NCBI GenBank assembly: GCA_963665665.1
Contig: OY762428.1
Span: 928,001 to 992,000 of the forward strand
Length of the DNA stretch: 64,000 bases
Source of the DNA: Candidatus Kapaibacterium sp.
Lineage (GTDB): Bacteria > Bacteroidota > Ignavibacteria > Kapaibacteriales > UBA2268
Direction: 5' to 3'
The position numbers and the translations under genes were made by a program. Below, in pieces: positions 21,324 through 29,518 of the stretch (position 1 is the stretch's first letter; every line of letters starts with the position of its first letter). Below the pieces are notes generated by a model. It was not told the origin of the DNA and ran no database searches. It worked only from the letters and a program-made list of their open reading frames with translations.

Positions 21324-21460
21324 GAGTTCCCCTCTTGAGGGGTGCCCGAAGGGCGGGGTGGATAAAAAGGCTGTAGGTTGAAGGCAGTATTTCCATATTT
21401 CGCAATACAAAAGAACCCCACCCCGTCTCGCTGCGCTCGCCACCCCTCCAGAGGGGAATT
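21324..21460. mobile_element. ~135-bp GC-rich REP-doublet element replacing ~100 bp of the RHS arm
   Basis: Inverted arms TTCCCCTCTTGAGGGGTGCCCGAAGGGCGGGGTGG and CCACCCCGTC...CACCCCTCCAGAGGGGAA. Confidence 0.78.
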
Positions 21461-21510
21461 TTTGCCATGCGCCGCCGAGCCGTATATATCCCACTTGGAG
21501 AGAATTTTGT

Positions 21511-21523
21511 GTTTTCAAAGAAC
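21511..21523 (-). promoter_or_regulatory. Cassette-start motif GTTCTTTGAAAAC (boxA-like), C2
   Basis: Exact 13-mer, 19 nt after the upstream immunity stop codon. Confidence 0.65.
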
Positions 21524-21542
21524 GGAATTAAGAAAGTTAATT

Positions 21543-22247
21543 CTAATTATCAATATATGTTCTGTCTTCAAATTCCCACTTTGCTTTAAGAATTTCTGAT
21601 AACAGATATATTTCTAAAAAGTGATAAGTCTTATATTTTGGATTATTTCTGTCATACATCTCATCCATATCTGTATATATGAAAAATTCATCATTTAATT
21701 TAATCCAGATATTTGTTTCATAATGGACTTTCGAAAAAAGTGGGATTTTGTTCGATGTTTTGAAACTTTTTAATATGTATATAATTTTTCCAACAAATTC
21801 TACCGAACTGATGCTGGCAATAAACTTTGGTAAGTCATGTTTACTAAAGCTATATATCTCAATATTATAAGAATTACCATCCAGAGAGTCCGGATTTGAA
21901 TAAATTCCATTAATTGGATTTTCAGTTGTATAACAATCTCTTTTAAATACAAACAAGTACTGCCTAGATTTGGGCCGGTTTCTCATGTCAACCATAGAAT
22001 TCCATTGACGTTGAATTAGTATAAAATCAAAACTACTTGAATCAGAATGAACAATCTTACTCTTTCCATTGATTTTAGGAATAATATTTTTTATTCTTTC
22101 AATAATATAATCAATATCTGTTTCATCAGCAATAGAAGAGCCTCTATCTAATAACTTATTGTTTTTATTTATATTAAAAGGATTGCACCCAAAAAAAAGG
22201 AGTAAAACAATTAAAAAAATATATGTGTTAATATTAACATTTTTCAT
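21543..22247 (-). CDS. Putative immunity lipoprotein for C1
   Basis: Lipobox LFFG-C. ATGA overlap with the toxin stop. Confidence 0.8.
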   Translation of the reverse strand: MKNVNINTYIFLIVLLLFFGCNPFNINKNNKLLDRGSSIADETDIDYIIERIKNIIPKINGKSKIVHSDSSSFDFILIQRQWNSMVDMRNRPKSRQYLFVFKRDCYTTENPINGIYSNPDSLDGNSYNIEIYSFSKHDLPKFIASISSVEFVGKIIYILKSFKTSNKIPLFSKVHYETNIWIKLNDEFFIYTDMDEMYDRNNPKYKTYHFLEIYLLSEILKAKWEFEDRTYIDN

Positions 22248-23326
22248 TTTATTAATCCTTGATCTCTCATACTATCAATAATGTCTTCTTCATCTTCATT
22301 ATGGAACTCTTTTGGATCTCCGCCAATGGGAACTTTTACATCCAAAGGATCAAGTCCAAAAAATACTCTAATGGGATTAAGGAAATTTTTTCTCCATCCT
22401 GATGGAACCTTATATATACTTCTAAATCTAATTTCCCAAAGAGTTGTTTCCATGCAATTATCTTTCATATAGAAACCTCTAGTTTGGAATACTTTCCAAT
22501 TGGGATGGGTAAGATATAGATACGAATGACCTAGTTCATGTAATGCGATTATTCCATATTCCCAACTATCTACTTCTTTTTGTTCTCTTTCATTCGCCAT
22601 TACTATATCTTTAAAATAAATATTTACACTTGTTAGATTTCCATTAGCGTCAAAAACCGGATCAGCAAGACCATTACCAAACAGATTATCCAATTTACGA
22701 GTTTTTCCTCCTCCCCAGTAATAGGTCAAATTAGCGCTGCCACTCTGGGTGACCATATTAACAAAAATCGGATCTTCAATATTTCTTTTTACCTTTTCAT
22801 AAACCTCTAATTGTTCGGAATTATAATTTGAAATATCAAAGTTATAATTGATTTCCCATCTTCTGGTTTTATTATTATACGAAAACGGATGATCTGGTCC
22901 AAGAGTATTTTTTAAACCTATATTTGTTTTATCCCATGAAGCCTGATCACTCACAACTGTATCACCCCTCGGATCGCTATAGAAAACAGGATTGTTGTCA
23001 TATCCGGCATAACGGCTGATTGACGGATTGGGCTTGGGATCCAAACTCCACCACCTGCCGCCAATTCTCGGGTCATTCATGCGGAATTCGGTTGTCAGGC
23101 TATTCCCAGCACCTTTTATCTCATCATCCTTTTCCATACCGTTAAAACCCCAGCGGTTACTGCCGCCAAAGAAGAAGCGGCCTTCCTCCATGAAGCCGAA
23201 GGGATAGAAGCTGGCTGCGGTAAAGGTTTTTGTGAAGAAGCCGCCGCCACTTGGCTCCTTTATATCCGAAACAGTGGCGCGCACATTGCCCAAATGATCT
23301 GTTAAATGGTATTGTTTTTCGCCCAC
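22244..23326 (-). CDS. Orphan RHS cassette C1: core arm plus HExxH zinc-metallopeptidase-like toxin tip
   Basis: Core to DNNPVFYSDPRGD, tip contains IALHELGHSY. The arm extends in frame to ~23449 but has no start codon there. Confidence 0.82.
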   Translation of the reverse strand: MGEKQYHLTDHLGNVRATVSDIKEPSGGGFFTKTFTAASFYPFGFMEEGRFFFGGSNRWGFNGMEKDDEIKGAGNSLTTEFRMNDPRIGGRWWSLDPKPNPSISRYAGYDNNPVFYSDPRGDTVVSDQASWDKTNIGLKNTLGPDHPFSYNNKTRRWEINYNFDISNYNSEQLEVYEKVKRNIEDPIFVNMVTQSGSANLTYYWGGGKTRKLDNLFGNGLADPVFDANGNLTSVNIYFKDIVMANEREQKEVDSWEYGIIALHELGHSYLYLTHPNWKVFQTRGFYMKDNCMETTLWEIRFRSIYKVPSGWRKNFLNPIRVFFGLDPLDVKVPIGGDPKEFHNEDEEDIIDSMRDQGLIK

Positions 23327-23454
23327 TATGCGGTAAAACTGGCTGCCCCGGTCATACTCCAGTGGCTCGTATACCAGTTCTTCCTTTGGCTGGCGAATAG
23401 CAAACTTACCATGCGCCGCCGAGCCGTATATATCCCACTCGGAAAGGATTTTGT

Positions 23455-23467
23455 GTTTTCAAAGAAC
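23455..23467 (-). promoter_or_regulatory. Cassette-start motif GTTCTTTGAAAAC (boxA-like), C1
   Basis: Exact 13-mer, 45 nt after the lead immunity stop codon. Confidence 0.65.
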
Positions 23468-23512
23468 GGGAATTAATGAATTTTAAAAATATTCAAGAAA
23501 AAACCGGATCAA

Positions 23513-24043
23513 TTATTTCCATCCTTCTGGTAAATTTAAAAAATCGTATTTATTCGAATCAAATACTACCATTATTAAACTTGAAGGACCAAGGATAAAT
23601 ACCTGGTTTTGTTCATAGTCTTCTGGTTGACCAGAAATTATTATTAGTTTTTTACCATTATCAAATTTTATTTTTATGCCTAATAATTCATGATTTTTCA
23701 TATAGGTGTCTGATAGCAAATCAATATTTTCTTCTTGATAACAAAAAGTTTTTTTTCTATACCAAAAATCTAACTCAATTATTTTTTTATTATATATTTT
23801 TTTCCAATTATTATCATTTCTCTTTGTATCATCATCAGAACAGCTATCAATTGTATCAATTTTTATTTCAGAGTAACTACCCTGCCAATAATCACTAAAC
23901 TTATAATAATTCCCATCATCTAATTTTATAATTAACTTATTTTCTATCTCATAGAAATCTAATTCTCCTTTAAAAGGAATTTCTTCATCATAATACACAG
24001 GCTCACAATAAGCCTCAATTATTTTTTTTAATTTAATATCCAT
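23513..24043 (-). CDS. Putative cytoplasmic immunity protein for the lead RHS toxin
   Basis: 11-nt overlap with the toxin end. Acidic, AT-rich, no signal peptide. Confidence 0.78.
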   Translation of the reverse strand: MDIKLKKIIEAYCEPVYYDEEIPFKGELDFYEIENKLIIKLDDGNYYKFSDYWQGSYSEIKIDTIDSCSDDDTKRNDNNWKKIYNKKIIELDFWYRKKTFCYQEENIDLLSDTYMKNHELLGIKIKFDNGKKLIIISGQPEDYEQNQVFILGPSSLIMVVFDSNKYDFLNLPEGWK

Positions 24044-26453
24044 ATTGCCTCGGGTTTTCTGGATGTACAGTTACTGTTTTCTTTCCTTTTATTGTAAAGA
24101 TATTTGATTCTCCACTAATTGTCCCATCCTTTACTCTAAAAGTTCCACTTACCTTTTCGTATTTTACAACAATTTCGTTTTTATTTACTACTTTGAGAAC
24201 AGTAGCGGTTCCAGAATGATAAGCATTAAGAACTCTTTGAGCATCCTCAATTGAATGCATTGTTCCTTTAGTTACGATTGTATTAGTCGGGACATTCATT
24301 TCTAAGTGCTTATGTGTTTTCATCTTTTGGATACTTACTGTTCGCCCAATTTGTAAATCTATTGAAGGATTGCTTGCTTCAATCTTAGAAATTATCTTTT
24401 TCGGTTTAAAAGCTCCAACGCTGGCTTTACCAACCTTACCCATGAAATAACCGTCAATTGCAAGCCGAATTGGATCGTCAAGACCAGATACTTCCCCGAC
24501 ACGTTTCCAGAAATCGAACTTATCATAATAATATTGATCAGGTTTTACCCCAATTTCAATTGCTGCATCAGGATTACTGGCAAAATCATCTTCTTTTTCG
24601 ATATTCCACGACCAAATCCATAAGTTATCATCTTCAGGATTTCTATCACTAAAAGTATAGGTGTTGCCATTATAGTGATAAATACTATAATTCCCTTCAA
24701 GTTCCTGCCCGTTTAGCTCATCAACTGTTTCTCCTTCAATTTTTTCAAAACTGCCATCTTCGTTTTTCTTCAGGGTATAATGAGTTGCATCGAGTCCCAT
24801 CGGATCAGCAAAAACAATCGGGTTGTCGCCGAAAGCTAAATATGAGGAAAATCCGGGATATTTCCCAATTAAAGGTTCAATATTTTGTCTCATAGCCTTG
24901 CGAGGGTCGTAGCCATAATCCCCAAAACTAAGGCGGTTGCCAGTTCCACGCACTTCATCGTCCTTCTCGTGCCCACCAAAGCCCCAGCGGTTGCTGCCGC
25001 TGAAGAAGAAGCGGCCTTCCTCCATAAAGCCGAAGGGATAGAAGCTGGCAGCGGTAATGGTATTGGTAAGGAAGCCGCCGCCGCTTGGCTCTTTTATATC
25101 CGAAACAGTGGCGCGCACATTGCCCAAATGATCTGTTAAATGATATTGTTTTTCGCCAACAATTCTATAAAAAGCGCTGCCTCTCGGTATTTCACTTTCA
25201 GTATATACCAGTTCTTCCTTTGGCTGGCGAATAGCAAACTTACCATGCGCCGCCGAGCCGTATATATCCCACTCGGAAAGAACATGCCGATCAGGAAACA
25301 GCAGCACATCATTTCCATCTGATGCATACAAATACAACTTTTCAGGCACAGTTTTTTTCGATTCATATATAGCGAGCACCTGCCCGTTGGCATCAAGCAT
25401 GTAGTAGGTGGAACCTACGCCAACCTGATCAAGAAGGAGGTTTAAAGACTCTGTCGGATCTGCAACAAAAGGTGCAACAACATTGTTGACTTCATGTATC
25501 ATCACATCCTTACCAACCCTGTTGCCAAATGCATCGTACATGAAGCTGATCTTCACGGGTTGGCTGACAGTATTGCTGTTATTAGAAACAATCATATCCT
25601 TTTCCACATAGCTGACCTTGCCGTCGGCAGTCCATTCTATGTGATTTATATTATCCTTCACGTCGCTGATCAGGTTTCCGGAAGCGTCGTAGGTATAAGC
25701 ATAAAAATCAGTTACAGGATTTGGGGTTTCCAGGTCGCGCGTACTTGCCGTAGTTCCGGGCATATCTTTAAGAATGCTTAGGCGGTTGGTTCTGTAAACC
25801 GGCCCTGACGGTGAATACCGAAAGTCCTGATAGAGATAATTAAGATCATCAAGCTGTACGCCGGAATTATCATTCCTCACCAGGTTCATCAGGTTGCCAT
25901 TGGCGTCGTAATTATAATGTGAGGAATTATTAGGGCTGTTTGCCCATGCTCCGGCAGTATAATTATAAGTAGTATTATCCTTCAGCCTGTTCAGCTTATC
26001 GTATTGGAACAGCCTTGCCCTGGAGCTTTCAAAATTTAGCGGGTCAGGCATCTTTGCTGATGTTTCTGAGCCGTAATACTCTTCCCATGCCGCTATATTG
26101 CCGTCATAAAGGGAATGATTAACGGCTCCGGCAGTAGGCAGCAGAGTAGCGCCGTTGCCAAAATCTGTACTGTTATGAACAAAATCCTTGTCGCCGCTGC
26201 CGTCATTGTAATAATCAAGAGTATATCCGTAGGCGTCGCCCGGAGTGGCCCCGGAAACGCCGTATTCCGGGTTGTTATGATTATCCTCGATATTAACGGA
26301 TTTAAGCCATCCGTTTATGGTGTAGAGGAAGTCAATACCCTGGATTTTGTCCTCGCCAAGCTCGATACGTTTCAGCGGGCCATGGAGGTAGTAGTAATAG
26401 GCGGCATCGCGATCCCAAATTTCCATATCCCGGTCGAGCATCAAAATCTCCAA
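24033..26453 (-). CDS. Lead RHS/YD-repeat protein (apparently N-terminally truncated) with Ntox50-like RNase tip
   Basis: YD repeats (YDKLNRL, YDANGNL, YDASGNL, YDAFGNRV), RHS core, DPMG. Tip DAQRVLNAYHSG...NIFTIKG...VHPENP resembles Ntox50 members (by eye). Confidence 0.88.
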   Translation of the reverse strand: MEILMLDRDMEIWDRDAAYYYYLHGPLKRIELGEDKIQGIDFLYTINGWLKSVNIEDNHNNPEYGVSGATPGDAYGYTLDYYNDGSGDKDFVHNSTDFGNGATLLPTAGAVNHSLYDGNIAAWEEYYGSETSAKMPDPLNFESSRARLFQYDKLNRLKDNTTYNYTAGAWANSPNNSSHYNYDANGNLMNLVRNDNSGVQLDDLNYLYQDFRYSPSGPVYRTNRLSILKDMPGTTASTRDLETPNPVTDFYAYTYDASGNLISDVKDNINHIEWTADGKVSYVEKDMIVSNNSNTVSQPVKISFMYDAFGNRVGKDVMIHEVNNVVAPFVADPTESLNLLLDQVGVGSTYYMLDANGQVLAIYESKKTVPEKLYLYASDGNDVLLFPDRHVLSEWDIYGSAAHGKFAIRQPKEELVYTESEIPRGSAFYRIVGEKQYHLTDHLGNVRATVSDIKEPSGGGFLTNTITAASFYPFGFMEEGRFFFSGSNRWGFGGHEKDDEVRGTGNRLSFGDYGYDPRKAMRQNIEPLIGKYPGFSSYLAFGDNPIVFADPMGLDATHYTLKKNEDGSFEKIEGETVDELNGQELEGNYSIYHYNGNTYTFSDRNPEDDNLWIWSWNIEKEDDFASNPDAAIEIGVKPDQYYYDKFDFWKRVGEVSGLDDPIRLAIDGYFMGKVGKASVGAFKPKKIISKIEASNPSIDLQIGRTVSIQKMKTHKHLEMNVPTNTIVTKGTMHSIEDAQRVLNAYHSGTATVLKVVNKNEIVVKYEKVSGTFRVKDGTISGESNIFTIKGKKTVTVHPENPRQYGY

Positions 26454-26548
26454 ACCATAACTAAATATCTAATTGCCAATTAAATTATGAATATATTAGG
26501 AAATTAAAAAATTTATTTTCAGTTTAATGGATGCTTTCACCAATATAA

Positions 26549-26579
26549 CAAAGCTATGCGAGAATTGAAACATATACAA
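26549..26579 (-). promoter_or_regulatory. Candidate housekeeping promoter for the RHS array (TTG-N20-TAGCTTTG)
   Basis: Matches the Bacteroidota -33/-7 consensus. Lies between the valS terminator and the lead RHS ATG. Confidence 0.5.
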
Positions 26580-26592
26580 TTATCAATAATCA

Positions 26593-26628
26593 AAACAGCC
26601 CGGCAATAATATTATCGCCGGGCTGTTT
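26593..26628 (-). terminator. Intrinsic terminator after valS
   Basis: AAACAGCCCGGCAATAAT / ATTATCGCCGGGCTGTTT inverted repeat. Confidence 0.85.
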
Positions 26629-26651
26629 CAATAATTACAAATAGCGTCGAT

Positions 26652-29369
26652 CTACAGGCCGAGGCTTTCCATATTTTTCTTCACCTGTTCCAGCGAGCCT
26701 TTCATGCTTTCGAGTTTTTCGCGTTCGTAAGCAACAAGGTCGGCAGGGGCGTTGGCCACGAATTTCTCGTTGCCGAGTTTTTTCTCTGTTCCCCTGATAT
26801 TTCCTTCAAGGCGTTTTATTTCTTTGTTCAGCCTTTCTCTTTCCTTGTCCATATCCAGGCTGCCGCCAACTTCCACGAAAATTTCAACCTCGCGTACAAC
26901 AGATGCAAGGCTGCCTTCCGGCTTGGGAGTATTCACGCCGGTTTTCACTTCGCTGCATTTACCGAGTGCTGCAATAATAGCTGCCTGTTCGCCCATGAAT
27001 TTTGCCTGTGCTTCATCCTTGCAGGAAATCGTTACGGGCAGCTTCTGCGAAGGAGCTATGGATGTGATTGAACGCATGCGGCGTATTTCCTCTACAACCA
27101 TCTGCAGGTGTTCGAACATTTCCTCGATTGCCGGATCGATCAGGGCTGTGTCGGCTACAGGAGAATCCTCGGTGCTGATAGACCTTTCATCGCCGCGGTC
27201 TTCCATCAGGTGCCATATTTCCTCGGAAATGAATGGCATTACCGGGTGGATCATTTTCAGTATGCCCTCGTATATCGAGAATGCAAATTTCATAAGGCCG
27301 CGCGGGTGGGCGCAACCTTTTTCGGCGTTGAGTTCCACCTTGAGAACCTCCACGAACCAGTCGCAGAAGTCGCGCCAGATGAAGTCGTAAAGTATTTTGG
27401 AATACTCGTTCACTTTGTAATCATCAAGCGCTTTGTTCAGCTTGTCAAGCGTGGAATTATATCTTGATAGAATCCATTTATCTGCATGGGAAAGCTCGTC
27501 AATACTTAAAGTCTTATCTTCATTATCCGGACATACGTCCGGCAGATTTACCATGTCCTGTTTCATCATCAGGAAGCGGCCGGCGTTCCATATTTTATTG
27601 TTAAAGTTGCGGCCAATTTCCATTGAAGGAATGTCCTGAGCCTTCACGTCAACATCCATTTTAATATCCTGCCCCAAAGGCGAAAGATATATCATGGTGA
27701 AGCGAACAGCATCAGAGCCGTATTTATCAATAATATTCAGCGGATCGGGAGAGTTGCCGAGAGATTTCGACAGTTTGCGTCCCTGTCCGTCCCTGATTGT
27801 GCTGGTGAAATAAACATCTTTGAAAGGAATTTCCTGTTTGAAATGTTTGCTGGCCATTATCATTCTTGCCACCCAGAAGAAAATAATATCCGGCGCCGTA
27901 ACCAGCAGGTCGGTGGGCAGGAATGCTTTCAGGTCGTCTGTTTCTTCAATATCTCCGTCTTCAAGCCATTTCATCGTGGTCATTGGCCAGAGCCATGATG
28001 AAAACCATGTATCAAGCACGTCTTCATCCTGGCGAAGCGACGTACCCGCGGGAAGGTTAAGTTTTTCCCTTGCGGCGTCTTCGTCGCGTGCAGCTGTGAA
28101 CTGTCCGTCCTCGGTATAAAATACCGGTATGCGGTGGCCCCACCATAGCTGACGTGAAATACACCAGTCGCGGATATTATTCATCCAGTGCTCGTAAGTT
28201 TTCACCCAGTGGCCGGGGTAGAAATTGATCTTGCCTGATTCCACGGCTTCGAGAGCTTCTTCTGCAAGCGGTTTCATTTTCACGAACCACTGATCGCTGA
28301 GATAAGGTTCGACGGGTTCTCCGCCGCGCTGCGAGAAACCGATGTTGTGAGTGTAGTCTTCTTTCTTTTCCAGCAGGTCCAGTTCTTCAAGTTTTTTCAG
28401 GATAGCTTTCCGGGCTTCGAACCTGTCCATTTTATTATAATCTCCGGTCAGTTCATTCAGGGTTCCGTCCGGGTTGATAGTATTCAGCATTTCCAGTTTG
28501 TGCCTTTCGCCAACCATGAAGTCATTCGGGTCGTGAGCCGGTGTGATCTTCACGCAGCCCGTACCGAATTCGGGATCGGCATGTTCGTCGGCAATGATTG
28601 GAACAACGCGCCCAACGAGGGGAACGATACAATTTTTGCCAATCAGGTGTTTGTATCTCTCGTCTTCAGGGTTAACAGCCACTGCAACATCGCCGAAGAT
28701 AGTTTCTGTACGAACAGTCGATACCTGTAGATATTCGTCGCTGTCCTCAAGGTAATAGCGCAATGTGTAGAGCTGCTCCTGAACTTCTTTATGCTCTACT
28801 TCCTCGTCCGAAAGAGCAGTAAGCGAAAGAGGCGACCAGTTAATAATTCTTTTGCCCTTATAAATAAGGCCTTCGTCAAACATGCGGATAAATACCTCGC
28901 GCACAGCGTTGGAGGCTGATTCATCCATTGTGAAAAGAGTCCTGTCCCAGTCGGCTGAAATTCCAAGCTCGCGAAGCTGTTTCAGGATAATGCCGCCGTA
29001 TTTTTCTTTCCATTCCCAGACTTTTTCAATAAATTTTTCCCTGCCGAGATCGTAACGTGTAAGGCCTTCCTCGCGGAGCTGTTTTTCAACCCTCGTCTGA
29101 GTGGCAATACCGGCATGGTCGGTACCCGGGAACCAGCATGCTTCATATCCCTGCATACGCTTGCGGCGCAGGTACATATCCTGAAGAGTGATATTCAGCA
29201 CGTGGCCGAAATGAAGGATGCCCGTAACATTCGGCGGGGGCATTAAAATACTGTATTTGGGTTTTTCGGACTTGTTGTCCGCCTTGTATATACCCATATC
29301 CTGCCATTTCTGATACCATCTTTTTTCAACGCTCTGGGGCTCGTAAGCCTTTGGGAAATCTCTTTTCAT
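26652..29369 (-). CDS. valS: Valine--tRNA ligase
   Basis: PPPNVTGILHFGH, GTDHAGIATQ, DWCISRQLWWGH, DVLDTWFSS, KLSKS, C-terminal coiled-coil arm. Confidence 0.98.
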   Translation of the reverse strand: MKRDFPKAYEPQSVEKRWYQKWQDMGIYKADNKSEKPKYSILMPPPNVTGILHFGHVLNITLQDMYLRRKRMQGYEACWFPGTDHAGIATQTRVEKQLREEGLTRYDLGREKFIEKVWEWKEKYGGIILKQLRELGISADWDRTLFTMDESASNAVREVFIRMFDEGLIYKGKRIINWSPLSLTALSDEEVEHKEVQEQLYTLRYYLEDSDEYLQVSTVRTETIFGDVAVAVNPEDERYKHLIGKNCIVPLVGRVVPIIADEHADPEFGTGCVKITPAHDPNDFMVGERHKLEMLNTINPDGTLNELTGDYNKMDRFEARKAILKKLEELDLLEKKEDYTHNIGFSQRGGEPVEPYLSDQWFVKMKPLAEEALEAVESGKINFYPGHWVKTYEHWMNNIRDWCISRQLWWGHRIPVFYTEDGQFTAARDEDAAREKLNLPAGTSLRQDEDVLDTWFSSWLWPMTTMKWLEDGDIEETDDLKAFLPTDLLVTAPDIIFFWVARMIMASKHFKQEIPFKDVYFTSTIRDGQGRKLSKSLGNSPDPLNIIDKYGSDAVRFTMIYLSPLGQDIKMDVDVKAQDIPSMEIGRNFNNKIWNAGRFLMMKQDMVNLPDVCPDNEDKTLSIDELSHADKWILSRYNSTLDKLNKALDDYKVNEYSKILYDFIWRDFCDWFVEVLKVELNAEKGCAHPRGLMKFAFSIYEGILKMIHPVMPFISEEIWHLMEDRGDERSISTEDSPVADTALIDPAIEEMFEHLQMVVEEIRRMRSITSIAPSQKLPVTISCKDEAQAKFMGEQAAIIAALGKCSEVKTGVNTPKPEGSLASVVREVEIFVEVGGSLDMDKERERLNKEIKRLEGNIRGTEKKLGNEKFVANAPADLVAYEREKLESMKGSLEQVKKNMESLGL

Positions 29370-29518
29370 AATTACCTGTAAAACTTATATGTACAATTTT
29401 ATTTTCAATATTAACCAAGTTACAAAGTTACGGAATTTTCAGGGAATTTATAAGTGGAATTAGATATTGTTGAAGGATAGTAAAATAGAAACGGGGCAGT
29501 CTCAAAAGGTTGAAAAAC

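Larger units (their letters stand above)
20192..21523 (-). pseudogene. Orphan RHS cassette C2: arm disrupted by two palindromic elements, tip with HExxxH (HENYVH)
   Basis: Core resumes at GNVRATVSD...GDNPIMFSDPDG. The N-terminus of the 20192-21421 ORF is translated repeat DNA. Confidence 0.8.
9922..26453 (-). other. RHS polymorphic toxin locus: truncated lead RHS gene plus 8 orphan cassettes (C1-C8 in transcription order)
   Basis: Nine copies of the RHS core segment (I/V)LSEWDIYGSAAHGKFAIRQP...NRWG, several with internal replacements. All but the last are followed by a low-GC C-terminus and a small tightly coupled gene. Confidence 0.93.

Noticed and set aside
15842-21518. ORF-track N-termini such as MRINNWVGCSFLF, MGFFCIAKYG and ORF 21120-21518
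   Set aside because: These are translations of inserted palindromic DNA or off-frame arm sequence, not real signal peptides or genes.
10369-23467. Integron attC or Xer/dif cassette sites
   Set aside because: No RYYYAAC...GTTRRRY hairpin, no 11-6-11 dif structure, and no integrase in the window. A novel recombination site is not excluded.
10369-23467. Cassette-start motif as just a conserved TTG start codon
   Set aside because: The TTG is in frame with the RHS arm in only four of eight cassettes (C4, C5, C7, C8).
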